From contig CAYUNN010000003.1 of NCBI GenBank assembly GCA_964445905.1, positions 899-64,898 of the forward strand: a DNA stretch of 64,000 nucleotides, read 5' to 3'. Under the pieces are notes generated by a model. That model ran no database searches. It was not told the DNA's origin and saw only the letters and a list, made by a program, of their open reading frames with translations. Made by a program: the position numbers and the translations under genes. Every line of letters starts with the position of its first letter. The stretch's first letter is position 1. Shown one piece after another: positions 44,586-55,755 of this stretch. Origin of the DNA: an uncultured Candidatus Saccharibacteria bacterium (GTDB lineage: Bacteria; Patescibacteriota; Minisyncoccia; Minisyncoccales; JAGGXC01).

Positions 44586-45939
44586 GATAAATATGAATAA
44601 AAAAACATCTATTTTTAGAGCATATGATGTAAGGGGAAAATATCCGGAAGAAATAAACGAAGAAAAAGCTTTTGGCATAGGCTATGCCTTAGGTTCTTTT
44701 TTAGAGGGCAGTAAAATAGTTGTAGGAATGGATGCTAGGAAGTCGTCTGCTTTGCTGAAGAAATTTCTGGTGAAAGGACTTTTAAGATCAGGTAAGAAAG
44801 TAATAGATATTGGAATAAGTAACACGCCCATGCTTTATTTCGCTATGACGAAGTGGGGTTTTAACGGAGGAGCTATGATAACTGCTTCTCATAATCCAGC
44901 TGAATTTAACGGAGTAAAAATGGTAAAAAATGAGAAAGGAAATATTCTGCAGATAGGCGAGGAATCAGGAATAAAAGAAATAGAAAAAATTTTCTTGAAG
45001 CCAATTAAACCTAAAAAAGTAAAATATCAAGTGGAACAGAGAAGTATTTTGAACGAATATATAGAAGAGTTGATTGGTAAAATAAATAAAAAAAACGGAT
45101 TAAGAATAGTTATTGATTATGGGAATGGCGTTGGGAGCATATCTGGAAAACCATTTTTTAAAAAAACTAATTTTGAAATTTTTTCTATATTTTCAGAGCC
45201 AAAACCAGATTTTCCTAATCATGAGCCCAACCCTCATGTTGAAGAAAACTTCAAATCTCTCATTAAGGAAGTTATTAAAAAAAAGGCCGACATGGGGATT
45301 TTTTTTGATGGAGATGCCGATAGAGCTGTTCCCGTTAACGAAAAAGGAGAAGTCATGAGGGGCGACGTTTTAATTGGCATACTTTCCTTAGATATATTGA
45401 AAGATTCTAAAGAAAAAGAAATTTATTATGATTTAAGATGCACTAAGACGCTTAAAGAAGAGATAGAGAAAGCGGGAGGAATTCCCATCAAAATGAGAGT
45501 AGGAAATCCATATTACAAGAAGAAATTAATAAAAAGAGGAGGAGCTTTGGGGGGTGAAACTAGCGGTCACATAATGTATAAAGAACATTATTGTATTGAT
45601 GATGGACTTTATGCAATGATAAAACTTATTAATATAATGCAAGAAACTGGTAATTCTCTTTCAGAGCTTGAAAAGCCTTTTATGAAATATAGTAAAACTT
45701 ACGAGATTAATATAGAAGCAGATAATAAAGAAGCTAAAATAAAAGAGATTGAGAAAAACTACCTCAAAAAAGATGGCAAAATTGAAAAAATAGACGGGCT
45801 AACCGTAGAGTTTGAAGATTGGTGGTTTAATGTTCGCCCTTCAAATACAGAAAATCTTCTCAGGTTGAACTTAGAAGCAAAAACAAAAGAACTGATGTTA
45901 GAGAAGAAAGAAGAGGTGACTAAGATGATTTTAAAATAA
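44584..45939 (+). CDS. Phosphomannomutase/phosphoglucomutase (alpha-D-phosphohexomutase family)
   Basis: Active-site TASHNPAEFNGVK, metal loop FDGDADR, GGETSGH sugar-binding loop. The start may be 44593. Confidence 0.9.
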   Translation: MINMNKKTSIFRAYDVRGKYPEEINEEKAFGIGYALGSFLEGSKIVVGMDARKSSALLKKFLVKGLLRSGKKVIDIGISNTPMLYFAMTKWGFNGGAMITASHNPAEFNGVKMVKNEKGNILQIGEESGIKEIEKIFLKPIKPKKVKYQVEQRSILNEYIEELIGKINKKNGLRIVIDYGNGVGSISGKPFFKKTNFEIFSIFSEPKPDFPNHEPNPHVEENFKSLIKEVIKKKADMGIFFDGDADRAVPVNEKGEVMRGDVLIGILSLDILKDSKEKEIYYDLRCTKTLKEEIEKAGGIPIKMRVGNPYYKKKLIKRGGALGGETSGHIMYKEHYCIDDGLYAMIKLINIMQETGNSLSELEKPFMKYSKTYEINIEADNKEAKIKEIEKNYLKKDGKIEKIDGLTVEFEDWWFNVRPSNTENLLRLNLEAKTKELMLEKKEEVTKMILK

Positions 45940-45968
45940 AAAAACTCTTTTCAATAAGGAGTTTTTTA
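45940..45968. terminator. Bidirectional terminator between PMM/PGM and trpS
   Basis: AAAACTCTTT (45941-50) pairs with AAGGAGTTTT (45956-65), with one G-U pair and a 5-nt loop. Confidence 0.6.
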
Positions 45969-45982
45969 AATTAATTTAGATC

Positions 45983-46972
45983 TTAGATTAATCCCATTCT
46001 ATTCTTTGTTTTTTCGAGTGCAGACTGAGCTATTATCCTGGCTCTTTTTTCTCCTTTCTCTAGTATTTCGTTAATATAGAATTCTCTTGATGCTATTTCT
46101 TTTTTCCTTCTAGAGAAAGGTTCAAATTCTTTTATGAGAAGATTTGATAAAGACTCTTTAAGTTCTTTATAATCTTTTCCCTTAAACTCTTTCTCAATTT
46201 CTTTGATTGGCTTTTCTTTAACAATACTATAAATAGTTAAAAGGTTAGATATTCCTGGTTTTTTCTTTAGATCATATTTTATCTTTTTTTCGGTGTCAGT
46301 AACAGCTGACATTATTTTTTTTCTTAAATTTTCCGGACTATCAAATATTCCAATACGTGTTTGGTCAGGATCGCTTTTAGACATTTTTTTATTTGGTTCT
46401 TGGAGGGACATAATTTTAGCCGAAGATTCTATTATTATAGCTTCTGGTTCTTTAAACGTTTCTCCGAACTTATTATTGAATTTTCTGGCAATAGTTCTGG
46501 TTAGTTCAAGGTGTTGTCTTTGATCTTCTCCCACGGGAACTTTGTCAGCCTGTTGTATAAGAATATCTGCGGCCATTAGAATGGGATAGTTCAACAAACC
46601 TGCATTTATATCCTTGGGTTGCCTCTTCGACTTGTCTTTGAATTGAGTCATTCTTTTTAAGTCTCCTACGGGAGTTACTGTGCTTAACAACCAAACAAGT
46701 TCACTTATTTCCTTTATTTTAGATTGTATATAAATTATACATTTTTCTGGATCTAGTCCTGCTGCGATAATATCAATAGCTTTTTCTTTTACTGCTTCGT
46801 TGTAATCATTTGGGTCGTAAGAGGTAGTCAAGCCATGCAAATCAGCAATAAAAAACACGCATTCATTTTTTTCTTGAAGTTGATTATATTGCTTGACTGT
46901 ATTCAAGTAGTTTCCTATATGAAATTTTCCAGTGGGACGTATCCCAGTTACTATTCTCATTTTAAATTTCAA
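45983..46972 (-). CDS. trpS: Tryptophan--tRNA ligase
   Basis: TGIRPTGKFHIGNY (HIGH-type), KMSKS, class Ic size (329 aa). Confidence 0.97.
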   Translation of the reverse strand: MKFKMRIVTGIRPTGKFHIGNYLNTVKQYNQLQEKNECVFFIADLHGLTTSYDPNDYNEAVKEKAIDIIAAGLDPEKCIIYIQSKIKEISELVWLLSTVTPVGDLKRMTQFKDKSKRQPKDINAGLLNYPILMAADILIQQADKVPVGEDQRQHLELTRTIARKFNNKFGETFKEPEAIIIESSAKIMSLQEPNKKMSKSDPDQTRIGIFDSPENLRKKIMSAVTDTEKKIKYDLKKKPGISNLLTIYSIVKEKPIKEIEKEFKGKDYKELKESLSNLLIKEFEPFSRRKKEIASREFYINEILEKGEKRARIIAQSALEKTKNRMGLI

Positions 46973-48647
46973 TTACTACTGGCAGAATCATTGGCTTTCT
47001 TTTTGTCTTTTTAAAAAGGAAGGAGCCAATTTTATTCCTTATTTCGTCTTTAATGTAATACCAGTTTATTGCTCCGTTTGAACCAGTAGCCCCATTAACA
47101 ATTTTAATTACCTTTGTTCTTGTTTCTTTAAGTAAATCTTTTGATTCTTTAAGATAAACGAATCCTCTTGATATTATATCAGGAGATCCCATTACTTTAC
47201 CAGTTTTCTTATCCACTATTACTACGACGACAAACATTCCTCCCTCTCCTAATGTTTGACGATCCCTTAGAACTATTTCTCCAACATCTCCAATTCCCAA
47301 ACCGTCAACCATAATTTCATTTGAGGGAACTTCTTCTTTTGAAATAAATATTCTTTCTTCATTCATTTTAATTACCTGTCCATTATTTGGAATTACAATG
47401 TTTTTCTCAGGTATATTTTTTTCTTGAGCTAATTTTCCGTGACTAACCATCATTGAGTATTGTCCGTGAATTGGCATGAAGTATTTAGGTTTCATTATTT
47501 CAATCATTTTTTTGAGCTCCTCTTGATGAGCATGTCCTCCTGCATGGATATCCATCATCTTGTAATGAAATAAATTTACCCCTTTTCTTAGAAGACTGTC
47601 TTTAATATTTTGAACCGTTCTTTCATTTCCTGGGATTACCGAAGAAGAGAAGATTATATTGTCCCCCTTTTTAATTTTTAAATGAGAATATTCTTGATTG
47701 GCTATTCTCATTAAAACAGCCGATTCTTCTCCTTGAGCTCCCGTACATAAAAGAGTTATCTTTGAGTCTGGATACTTGTCCATTTCCTTCGGTTTTATTA
47801 AAGTTCCTTTCTTTGTTTTAATATGGCCCAGATTCTTACAAATTTCTATGTTAATTTTCATTGTACGTCCGTCTACTGCTACTTTTCTTCCATATTTTTC
47901 AGATAAAGTTATTATCTGCTGGATTCTATTAATTAGAGAACCAAAGGTAGCAGCGATCATTCTTCCTTCAGATTTTTTGAAAATATTATCAAGGTTTTCA
48001 AAAATAATTTTTTCCGAAAGAGAATGTCCTTCTTTTTCAGCTCCAGTCGAATCTGACATCAAAAGTAATATTTTATTCTTGCTAATCTTATCAAGTTCTT
48101 CAAAGTTGGTAGGGGAATCATTTACTGGATTTTCATCGAACTTGAAGTCAGACGTATGAACAATATTTCCTACGGGAGTATTTATTAACAATCCAAGATT
48201 ATCTGAAATATTGTGGATTTGTCTAAAGAACTTTACTTTAAAAGGACCAAGATTTATTTTTGATCCATCTTTTACTTGATGAATTTCCAGTTTGGGCTGA
48301 TTAGGGAAATCCTCTTGCCTTCTCATAATAATCCCCATTGTTAACCGAGAAGCGTAAAGAGGAGGATTTCCTATTTTATCTATCATATAAGGAATAGCTC
48401 CAATGTGGTCATAATGACCGTGAGTAAAAACTACCCCCAGAATCTTTTTCTTTTTATTCTCTTGGCGTAAATAGGAAATATTGGGAATAATATAATCTAC
48501 TCCAGGAGTTCCCTCGCTAGGCATCCTTAGTCCCATGTCTAAAATTAAAATGCCATTCTTATTTTCTAAGAGTGTCATATTTTTTCCTACCTCGCCCAAT
48601 CCTCCGAGGGGAATTATTCTAAGATATTCTTTGTTTTTTTTATTCAT
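46962..48647 (-). CDS. rnj: Ribonuclease J (metallo-beta-lactamase/beta-CASP)
   Basis: VFTHGHYDHIGA, beta-CASP region, HAGGHA. 561 aa. Overlaps trpS by 11 nt. Confidence 0.95.
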   Translation of the reverse strand: MNKKNKEYLRIIPLGGLGEVGKNMTLLENKNGILILDMGLRMPSEGTPGVDYIIPNISYLRQENKKKKILGVVFTHGHYDHIGAIPYMIDKIGNPPLYASRLTMGIIMRRQEDFPNQPKLEIHQVKDGSKINLGPFKVKFFRQIHNISDNLGLLINTPVGNIVHTSDFKFDENPVNDSPTNFEELDKISKNKILLLMSDSTGAEKEGHSLSEKIIFENLDNIFKKSEGRMIAATFGSLINRIQQIITLSEKYGRKVAVDGRTMKINIEICKNLGHIKTKKGTLIKPKEMDKYPDSKITLLCTGAQGEESAVLMRIANQEYSHLKIKKGDNIIFSSSVIPGNERTVQNIKDSLLRKGVNLFHYKMMDIHAGGHAHQEELKKMIEIMKPKYFMPIHGQYSMMVSHGKLAQEKNIPEKNIVIPNNGQVIKMNEERIFISKEEVPSNEIMVDGLGIGDVGEIVLRDRQTLGEGGMFVVVVIVDKKTGKVMGSPDIISRGFVYLKESKDLLKETRTKVIKIVNGATGSNGAINWYYIKDEIRNKIGSFLFKKTKRKPMILPVVIEI

Positions 48648-48711
48648 AAATTAAAAATAAAATAAAAATATTAGTACTATTTTTTATTATTTATGTTAAG
48701 TAATTAATAAT

Positions 48712-48798
48712 TGGTGCCGGAGGCGGGAGTCGAACCCACAAGCCCTTACGGGCACATGAATCTGAATCATGCATGTTTGCCAATTTCATCACTCCGGC
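48712..48798 (-). tRNA. tRNA-Leu (anticodon CAG), class II, CCA encoded
   Basis: Reverse complement GCCGGAGTGATGAAATTGGCAAACATGCATGATTCAGATTCATGTGCCCGTAAGGGCTTGTGGGTTCGACTCCCGCCTCCGGCACCA. Anticodon stem CATGA/TCATG, loop TTCAGAT. Confidence 0.9.
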
Positions 48799-48804
48799 CA
48801 AGGG

Positions 48805-50805
48805 TTACCAGGATCTTTTGGTTCTAATAAACCACTTGTTTATTTCCGAAAAGCGTTTTGAGGGATCAATTATTTTATTATTGTTTATCCCTTTAATTTT
48901 AGAATCAGCCATATAAATATAATCTGGGCTGTAAAGGAAAACAGCTGGCGCATCACCTAATAATACATCTTGAAATTTTTCATAGTTTTCTTGCTGCGTT
49001 TCAAGATTTATACTTGTTCTTCCTTTCTCTAGGAAAGAATCTGCTTCATCACTTTCATATATTGACAAATTTAATCCTGGATCTTTCTTCTGAGAAGAAT
49101 GCCAGAAAGGGAAAGGATCAGGGATAGAACTTAACATTTGACCGAACAATAAGCTGTCGTATTCCCTCGTTCTTATAAAGTTATTTTCTAAGATAGTTCT
49201 ACTATCTACTATTTCTAATTCTAATTTTACTCCTGCTTTTTTCCACTGTTCTTTGATTAAATTAGCCACTTCTATTAATTGAGGTTGATTTATGGTGACT
49301 AATGAGAATTGAAGAAGTGTTTTTTCTTCCGAAACAGGGAAACAAATCTCATTCAGTTTGCTTATAGTGGCATTTGCTACTTTCCCGGTGCCAGAAGTTA
49401 AATCTGATGGTTCAAGAATGTCTGCGGCATATTTTTCTTGAAAGCTAATTACTGCTTTTTTTGTTAAGTTCCCGAAGTATCCAGTTATATCTCCTTCCGG
49501 ATAAACCGAAGGATCTCCAGCTAAGCATTTTTGTAGCTCTTCTACTTCTTTCCCTTGGCTGCCAATTTGAAGGACTGAACTAAATTGAAAGGCATTGGTT
49601 TTGCTTATATGTTTTATTCTAAATCCATTTTCGTCAAGATCTTTAAATCCCGTTTCTTGAAAGATGTTATTGGCTTTGTCTAAATCATATTTATATATCT
49701 GAGAAGGAGTAGAGTAACCGTATAGTTCTGGCATTATTGGAGAAGAAACAATCGTGCCTTGTCCTAAAAGAATTTTATTCAATATCTCTTCTTTGTCAGT
49801 TGCATAATTAAGAGCCCTTCTTATATCTGAATTCTCTAAAATATCTTTTTTAGTATTTAAAAAAATAGCGAAATATCGAGGAAGAATGAAAGTATTAAAA
49901 TCAAATCCTCCTTCAGTAAAATTATTAAAGTATTCCTTGTTTGTTAAAGTAAAACCATTTATTTCTTTTCTTCTCGCTGCTCTTATTAATTCTTCTTCAT
50001 TATTATAAAAATTAAATTTAACTTCAGAAATAAATGGACCTTCATTATAATAATTAGAGTTTCTCTCCAGAGTAATTGAATTTATAAAGCCTGATTTTTC
50101 TTTATTTATTTCTTTAAATTTATAAGGCCCGCTTCCTACTGGCTCTAAGTTATAATTACTTAAGGAAAAATTTTCTAAAGGAATGTTATTCCAAATATGC
50201 TTAGGAAGAATTTTCAGAGTAGTGCTCTCTAAGAAGACAAAAGATGGTTTGTTAAGATTAAATCTAATTTTGTAATCAGAAATTTTTTCGACTTCTATTC
50301 CCAACCATTCGGCTCTTAAAGGACTCTTGAATCCTGAGTTTTGAATCGTTTCTATGGTAAAAGCTATGTCTTCTGTTGTTAGTTTTTCTCCATCCGACCA
50401 GAAAACATTTTCTTTTATATTAAATTCATAAATCTTCCCTTCGTCTTTAATTTCAAAGTCCTTGGTTATATCTTCAATTAGCTCCCCATCTTTATCGTAT
50501 TTCATTAGTCCGGAATATACTATTTCACTTAAATCTCTGTCTGCGTCGTTTAATACTGCGTATACGGGATTTATAAATCTCGGCTGACCTATTAATCCTT
50601 CTATGTGAGTTCCTCCTATAGAAGGTTTTATTTCTGTCCTTTCAAGATATAAATTAAATATTAAGAACAGAGAAGAGGAAATAAAAAGAACAGAAAGTAA
50701 ACAAAAAAAACACTTTTCTTTTTTAGAAAGAATAGTAGGTAATTTTCTCCACTGCCTTAAACTAGGCCAGGAACTTTTTTTGTTTAGTTTTCTTCGCAAG
50801 TTCAT
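48805..50805 (-). CDS. Family-5 (peptide/oligosaccharide type) substrate-binding protein with embedded peptidoglycan-binding-like segment; N-terminal membrane anchor
   Basis: VYSGLMKYDKDGEL, WSDGEKLTTEDIAFT and GSGPYKF are typical of SBP_bac_5. Insert: GSQGKEVEELQKCLAGDPSVYPEGDITGYFGNLTKKAVISFQEKY (PG_binding_1-like). Confidence 0.85.
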   Translation of the reverse strand: MNLRRKLNKKSSWPSLRQWRKLPTILSKKEKCFFCLLSVLFISSSLFLIFNLYLERTEIKPSIGGTHIEGLIGQPRFINPVYAVLNDADRDLSEIVYSGLMKYDKDGELIEDITKDFEIKDEGKIYEFNIKENVFWSDGEKLTTEDIAFTIETIQNSGFKSPLRAEWLGIEVEKISDYKIRFNLNKPSFVFLESTTLKILPKHIWNNIPLENFSLSNYNLEPVGSGPYKFKEINKEKSGFINSITLERNSNYYNEGPFISEVKFNFYNNEEELIRAARRKEINGFTLTNKEYFNNFTEGGFDFNTFILPRYFAIFLNTKKDILENSDIRRALNYATDKEEILNKILLGQGTIVSSPIMPELYGYSTPSQIYKYDLDKANNIFQETGFKDLDENGFRIKHISKTNAFQFSSVLQIGSQGKEVEELQKCLAGDPSVYPEGDITGYFGNLTKKAVISFQEKYAADILEPSDLTSGTGKVANATISKLNEICFPVSEEKTLLQFSLVTINQPQLIEVANLIKEQWKKAGVKLELEIVDSRTILENNFIRTREYDSLLFGQMLSSIPDPFPFWHSSQKKDPGLNLSIYESDEADSFLEKGRTSINLETQQENYEKFQDVLLGDAPAVFLYSPDYIYMADSKIKGINNNKIIDPSKRFSEINKWFIRTKRSW

Positions 50806-51044
50806 TAATAAACAAGATTCAATAGAGCCAGGACTATAAATGCTATTCCTAAGACAGTAGATACCCAGAAAAGATTCTTTTGTAAACCTCTTCTAGCGCC
50901 ATACGTTTCCCCGCTTCCTCCAAAGGCAGAACCTAAAGCCGTTCCTCTTTGCTGGAACAGGATTGATGTAACTAAAGAAATAGCAACTAATATTTGGATT
51001 ATAGGAAGAATTGATTTCATAATTAATTTAAAGGCGATGAGCAA
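50805..51044 (-). CDS. secG: Preprotein translocase subunit SecG
   Basis: Two TM helices with a GSAFGGSGETYGARRG loop. The true start is probably the internal MKSILP (51020). Confidence 0.8.
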   Translation of the reverse strand: MLIAFKLIMKSILPIIQILVAISLVTSILFQQRGTALGSAFGGSGETYGARRGLQKNLFWVSTVLGIAFIVLALLNLVY

Positions 51045-51387
51045 TTGAGCTAATTATCCAGACTGTTATTGTGGTCCAAAAAAGAGGAACAAGTCCGTCG
51101 ATAATTAAATGAGGGAAAATGATCTTTATTGACCAGACTATTCCTATATTTATTACTAAGGTAAAAAAACCAAAAGTTATTATTCTTAAAGGTAAAGTTA
51201 TTAGCTTTAGAATAGGCTTTATAAAAAAATTAATCAAGCCCAAAAACAATCCGGCGAGATAAAGAGTCTTTGCTGTCTCTAACTCTACTCCATTAACAAG
51301 TTGGCTTGCCAGCCAAATTGCTATTATCCCAGCAATGATTTGAAATAATAGTTTTCTTAATTTACCAGTCATGCTATAATAAGTCAA
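51028..51387 (-). CDS. Four-TM membrane protein of the YvlD/phage-holin-4_2-like family
   Basis: FFIKPILKLITLPLRIITFGFFTLVINIGIVW signature. The annotated start is TTG; the ATG at 51372 is an alternative. Confidence 0.7.
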   Translation of the reverse strand: MTYYSMTGKLRKLLFQIIAGIIAIWLASQLVNGVELETAKTLYLAGLFLGLINFFIKPILKLITLPLRIITFGFFTLVINIGIVWSIKIIFPHLIIDGLVPLFWTTITVWIISSIAHRL

Positions 51388-51439
51388 TAAGTAATAATAT
51401 CAAAATATTAATTATTTTTCAATGACAGTTAATATAATT

Positions 51440-51468
51440 TTGATTATTATTCTTAAAAAAGTTATAAT
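51440..51468 (+). promoter_or_regulatory. Sigma-70-like promoter (TTGATT -17 nt- TATAAT), -10 ends 7 nt before the orphan pilin ATG
   Basis: TTGATT at 51440-45, TATAAT at 51463-68, ATG at 51476. No Shine-Dalgarno sequence. Confidence 0.5.
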
Positions 51469-51475
51469 TTAGAGT

Positions 51476-51907
51476 ATGAATAAAAGAAGAGGTTTTACTT
51501 TGATAGAGCTATTAATGGTTCTATTAATTATTAGTATTCTGAGTACTATTACTTTTAGTACTTTACAACATCAAAGAATGAAGGCAAGGGACGCAAAGAG
51601 AAGAGCTGACTTTGATGCCTTGAGAAAATCATTAGAGCTTTATTATACATCAAATAATCGTTATCCAGCTCAAGACGGAACTTTTGTTTGTATCGAAGAT
51701 AGCGACCCTTTTAAAGAAGTAATGGATGATTTTATAAGCTATATTCCGGAGGATCCTCGATATGATCAAACTTATCCTAGCGGAACTACGTCTTGTTATT
51801 ATTATATTACTATAAATAATGGCCAAGATTTTAAGGCAAAAACAATTTTAGAAAGTGAGATGGAATGGTATGAAATATATTCGGTTGGAGGTAGGAATAT
51901 TGATTAG
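51476..51907 (+). CDS. Type IV pilin-like protein (orphan, outside the main pilus region)
   Basis: MNKRRG|FTLIELLMVLLIISILSTITF (Glu+5). 143 aa with C-terminal Cys residues. Confidence 0.85.
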   Translation: MNKRRGFTLIELLMVLLIISILSTITFSTLQHQRMKARDAKRRADFDALRKSLELYYTSNNRYPAQDGTFVCIEDSDPFKEVMDDFISYIPEDPRYDQTYPSGTTSCYYYITINNGQDFKAKTILESEMEWYEIYSVGGRNID

Positions 51908-51962
51908 TGTTTTTATTTTTTTTTAGAAGCCTGCTTTATGAGTGGGTTTTTTATTTCAGATC

Positions 51963-51991
51963 TTGACAATAATCAACTAGAAAATTAAAAT
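51963..51991 (+). promoter_or_regulatory. Sigma-70-like promoter of groES-groEL (TTGACA -17 nt- TAAAAT)
   Basis: TTGACA at 51963-68 and TAAAAT at 51986-91. Confidence 0.5.
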
Positions 51992-51997
51992 ATAAAG

Positions 51998-52024
51998 TTA
52001 GCAGTCAAAGGTCGTAATTGCTAA
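51998..52024 (+). promoter_or_regulatory. CIRCE-like inverted repeat (HrcA operator candidate)
   Basis: TTAGCAGTC-N9-AATTGCTAA versus consensus TTAGCACTC-N9-GAGTGCTAA (15/18 matches). Starts 7 nt after the -10 box, upstream of groES. Confidence 0.55.
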
Positions 52025-52066
52025 TTTAATAAAATTATTAAATAAAAATATTATTTAAAAATTGAT

Positions 52067-53993
<1,927 letters not shown>

Positions 53994-54020
53994 TACAATA
54001 GTTTGTTTTTTTGAGAAGTG

Positions 54021-54053
54021 GAAAGCGGCTCATATTGAGCCGTTTCTGTTTTC
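54021..54053 (+). terminator. Rho-independent terminator after groEL
   Basis: GAAAGCGGCTCA pairs with TGAGCCGTTTC (one bulged G), followed by TGTTTT. Confidence 0.7.
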
Positions 54054-54127
54054 TTAAGATTGCCAAAATCGTTAATTTAAATTACTATATTAATAAAGGT
54101 CTTGATATAAAATAAAATATCAAAAAA

Positions 54128-54682
54128 ATGTATATTAAAATTGGAATAGGTGTAATAGTCATAGTGTTCCTTTGGTTAATTTTAGCATTTAATCGTTTTG
54201 TTGTTCTTCGCAATAGAGCAAAAGAAGCTTGGGCGGATATTGATGTTCAATTAAAAAGGAGATATAACTTGATTCCTAATTTAGTTGAAACGGTCAAGGG
54301 TTATGCCACTCACGAGAGAGGAGTTTTCGAGAATGTTACTAAAGCTCGAAGTAGAGCTATTGAAGCGGGAAGCGTTGAGGAACAGGCTAAAGCAGAAAAT
54401 GCTCTTTCTTCTACTCTTAAATCTCTTTTCGCAGTAGCCGAAAATTATCCTGATTTAAAAGCTTCAAATAATTTTATGGAATTGCAAAGAGAATTAAGAG
54501 ATACTGAAGATAAAATTCAAGCAGCTAGAAGATTCTATAATACCAATGTAAGAGATCTTAATATTAGAGTTGAAGTTTTTCCTGCTAGTATTATTGCTAA
54601 AATGTTTAAATTCAAGAAGATGGACTTTTTTGAACTTGAAGAATCTTCTGTCGCCAGAGAGCCAGTAAAAGTAAAATTTTAA
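54128..54682 (+). CDS. lemA: LemA family protein
   Basis: N-terminal TM. AWADIDVQLKRRYNLIPNLVETVKGYA.HE..VF..V..AR and NYPDLKA..NF..LQ.EL..TE.KI..AR..YN. Confidence 0.9.
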   Translation: MYIKIGIGVIVIVFLWLILAFNRFVVLRNRAKEAWADIDVQLKRRYNLIPNLVETVKGYATHERGVFENVTKARSRAIEAGSVEEQAKAENALSSTLKSLFAVAENYPDLKASNNFMELQRELRDTEDKIQAARRFYNTNVRDLNIRVEVFPASIIAKMFKFKKMDFFELEESSVAREPVKVKF

Positions 54683-54689
54683 ATAAACT

Positions 54690-55586
54690 ATGGATAATCT
54701 CTATACTCATGCTGAGTCAAACACTCGTAAAACTTTTATGTTAATAGGATTATTTTTAGTTCTATTAATTATTTTGGGTTGGTTATTTAGCTATTTGCTT
54801 GGTAGCTATATTATTTTAGCAATAGCAGTAATTTTCAGTATTAGTATGAGTATTGGAAGCTATTGGTTTTCAGATAAGATTGTTCTTAGGATGACAAAAG
54901 CTCAGCCCATAGAAAAAAAAGACAACCCAGAACTTTACAGATTAGTGGAAAATTTATGTATTGCCGCCGGGCTTCCACTTCCAAAGATATATATTTTGAA
55001 CGAGTCCCAACCCAATGCTTTTGCCACTGGCAGAGATAAAAACCATGCGGTAGTAGCTGTTACCCGAGGATTATTGGATAAACTAGAAAGGGTGGAATTG
55101 GAGGGCGTTATAGCCCATGAATTATCGCATATTGGCAATAAAGATATGTTGCTTCAGACAATTGTAGTAGTGTTGGTAGGAATTATAGCATTACTATCTC
55201 ACTTTTTTTTAAGGATCAGTTTTTTTGGCGGAGGAAGGAAAAAAGGCTCGGCAGGATTAATCATTTTAGTTTTAGGAATAATTGCAGCAATTCTTGCTCC
55301 TCTAGCAGCTACTTTAATAAAGTTGGCTATTTCCAGAAAGAGGGAATTCTTGGCTGATGCTGATGGAGCATTGCTTACAAGGTATCCGGAAGGGTTAGCC
55401 CGTGCTTTAGAGAAGATTTCTAGCGACAACAGTTCTTTGAGAGTGGCTAATAGTTCCACCGCTCATCTTTTTATTTCATCCCCTTTTAAAGGAAAAGAAT
55501 CCAAAAGTTTTTTTAAGAAGTTATTTTTGACTCATCCTTCTGTTGACGATAGAGTCAATGCTTTAAGGGGAATGAGGATATCATAA
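54690..55586 (+). CDS. htpX: Zinc metalloprotease HtpX (M48)
   Basis: HELSHIGNKD zinc motif, 4 TM segments, NAFATG, THPSVDDRV. Confidence 0.93.
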   Translation: MDNLYTHAESNTRKTFMLIGLFLVLLIILGWLFSYLLGSYIILAIAVIFSISMSIGSYWFSDKIVLRMTKAQPIEKKDNPELYRLVENLCIAAGLPLPKIYILNESQPNAFATGRDKNHAVVAVTRGLLDKLERVELEGVIAHELSHIGNKDMLLQTIVVVLVGIIALLSHFFLRISFFGGGRKKGSAGLIILVLGIIAAILAPLAATLIKLAISRKREFLADADGALLTRYPEGLARALEKISSDNSSLRVANSSTAHLFISSPFKGKESKSFFKKLFLTHPSVDDRVNALRGMRIS

Positions 55587-55588
55587 GT

Positions 55589-55675
55589 GGAGGGGTGCGC
55601 CGAATGGCAAGGCACTGGTTTGGAGTACCAGCGGGAGTTTCTCCTTTGCAGGTTCGAATCCTGTCCCCTCCGCCA
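55589..55675 (+). tRNA. tRNA-Ser (anticodon GGA), class II, CCA encoded
   Basis: GGAGGGGTGCGCCGAATGGCAAGGCACTGGTTTGGAGTACCAGCGGGAGTTTCTCCTTTGCAGGTTCGAATCCTGTCCCCTCCGCCA. Anticodon stem CTGGT/ACCAG, loop TTGGAGT. Starts 2 nt after the htpX stop. Confidence 0.9.
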
Positions 55676-55755
55676 ATTTTCACTTTTTGAATCTTGAATT
55701 AGTTCTTATTAAATAATTCTTATTTTAAATTGAATTTTGATTTTTTTTATAAATT

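Noticed and set aside
51028-51387. A holin-family membrane protein as evidence of a prophage lysis cassette.
   Set aside because: There is no endolysin, terminase, capsid or integrase nearby. The gene overlaps secG in a housekeeping operon. YvlD-type proteins are common chromosomal membrane proteins.
54102-54123. An inverted repeat TTGATAT..ATATCAA just upstream of lemA.
   Set aside because: It is a 7-bp AT-only pair of arms in AT-rich DNA, so chance occurrence is likely. No second copy was seen.
55584-55592. tRNA-Ser starting 2 nt after the htpX stop, with tRNA-Leu 6 nt after the SBP stop, considered as possible integration hot spots or mobile-element borders.
   Set aside because: There is no integrase, no direct repeat of the tRNA 3' end, and no compositional break. 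Tight packing is consistent with the generally compact genome.
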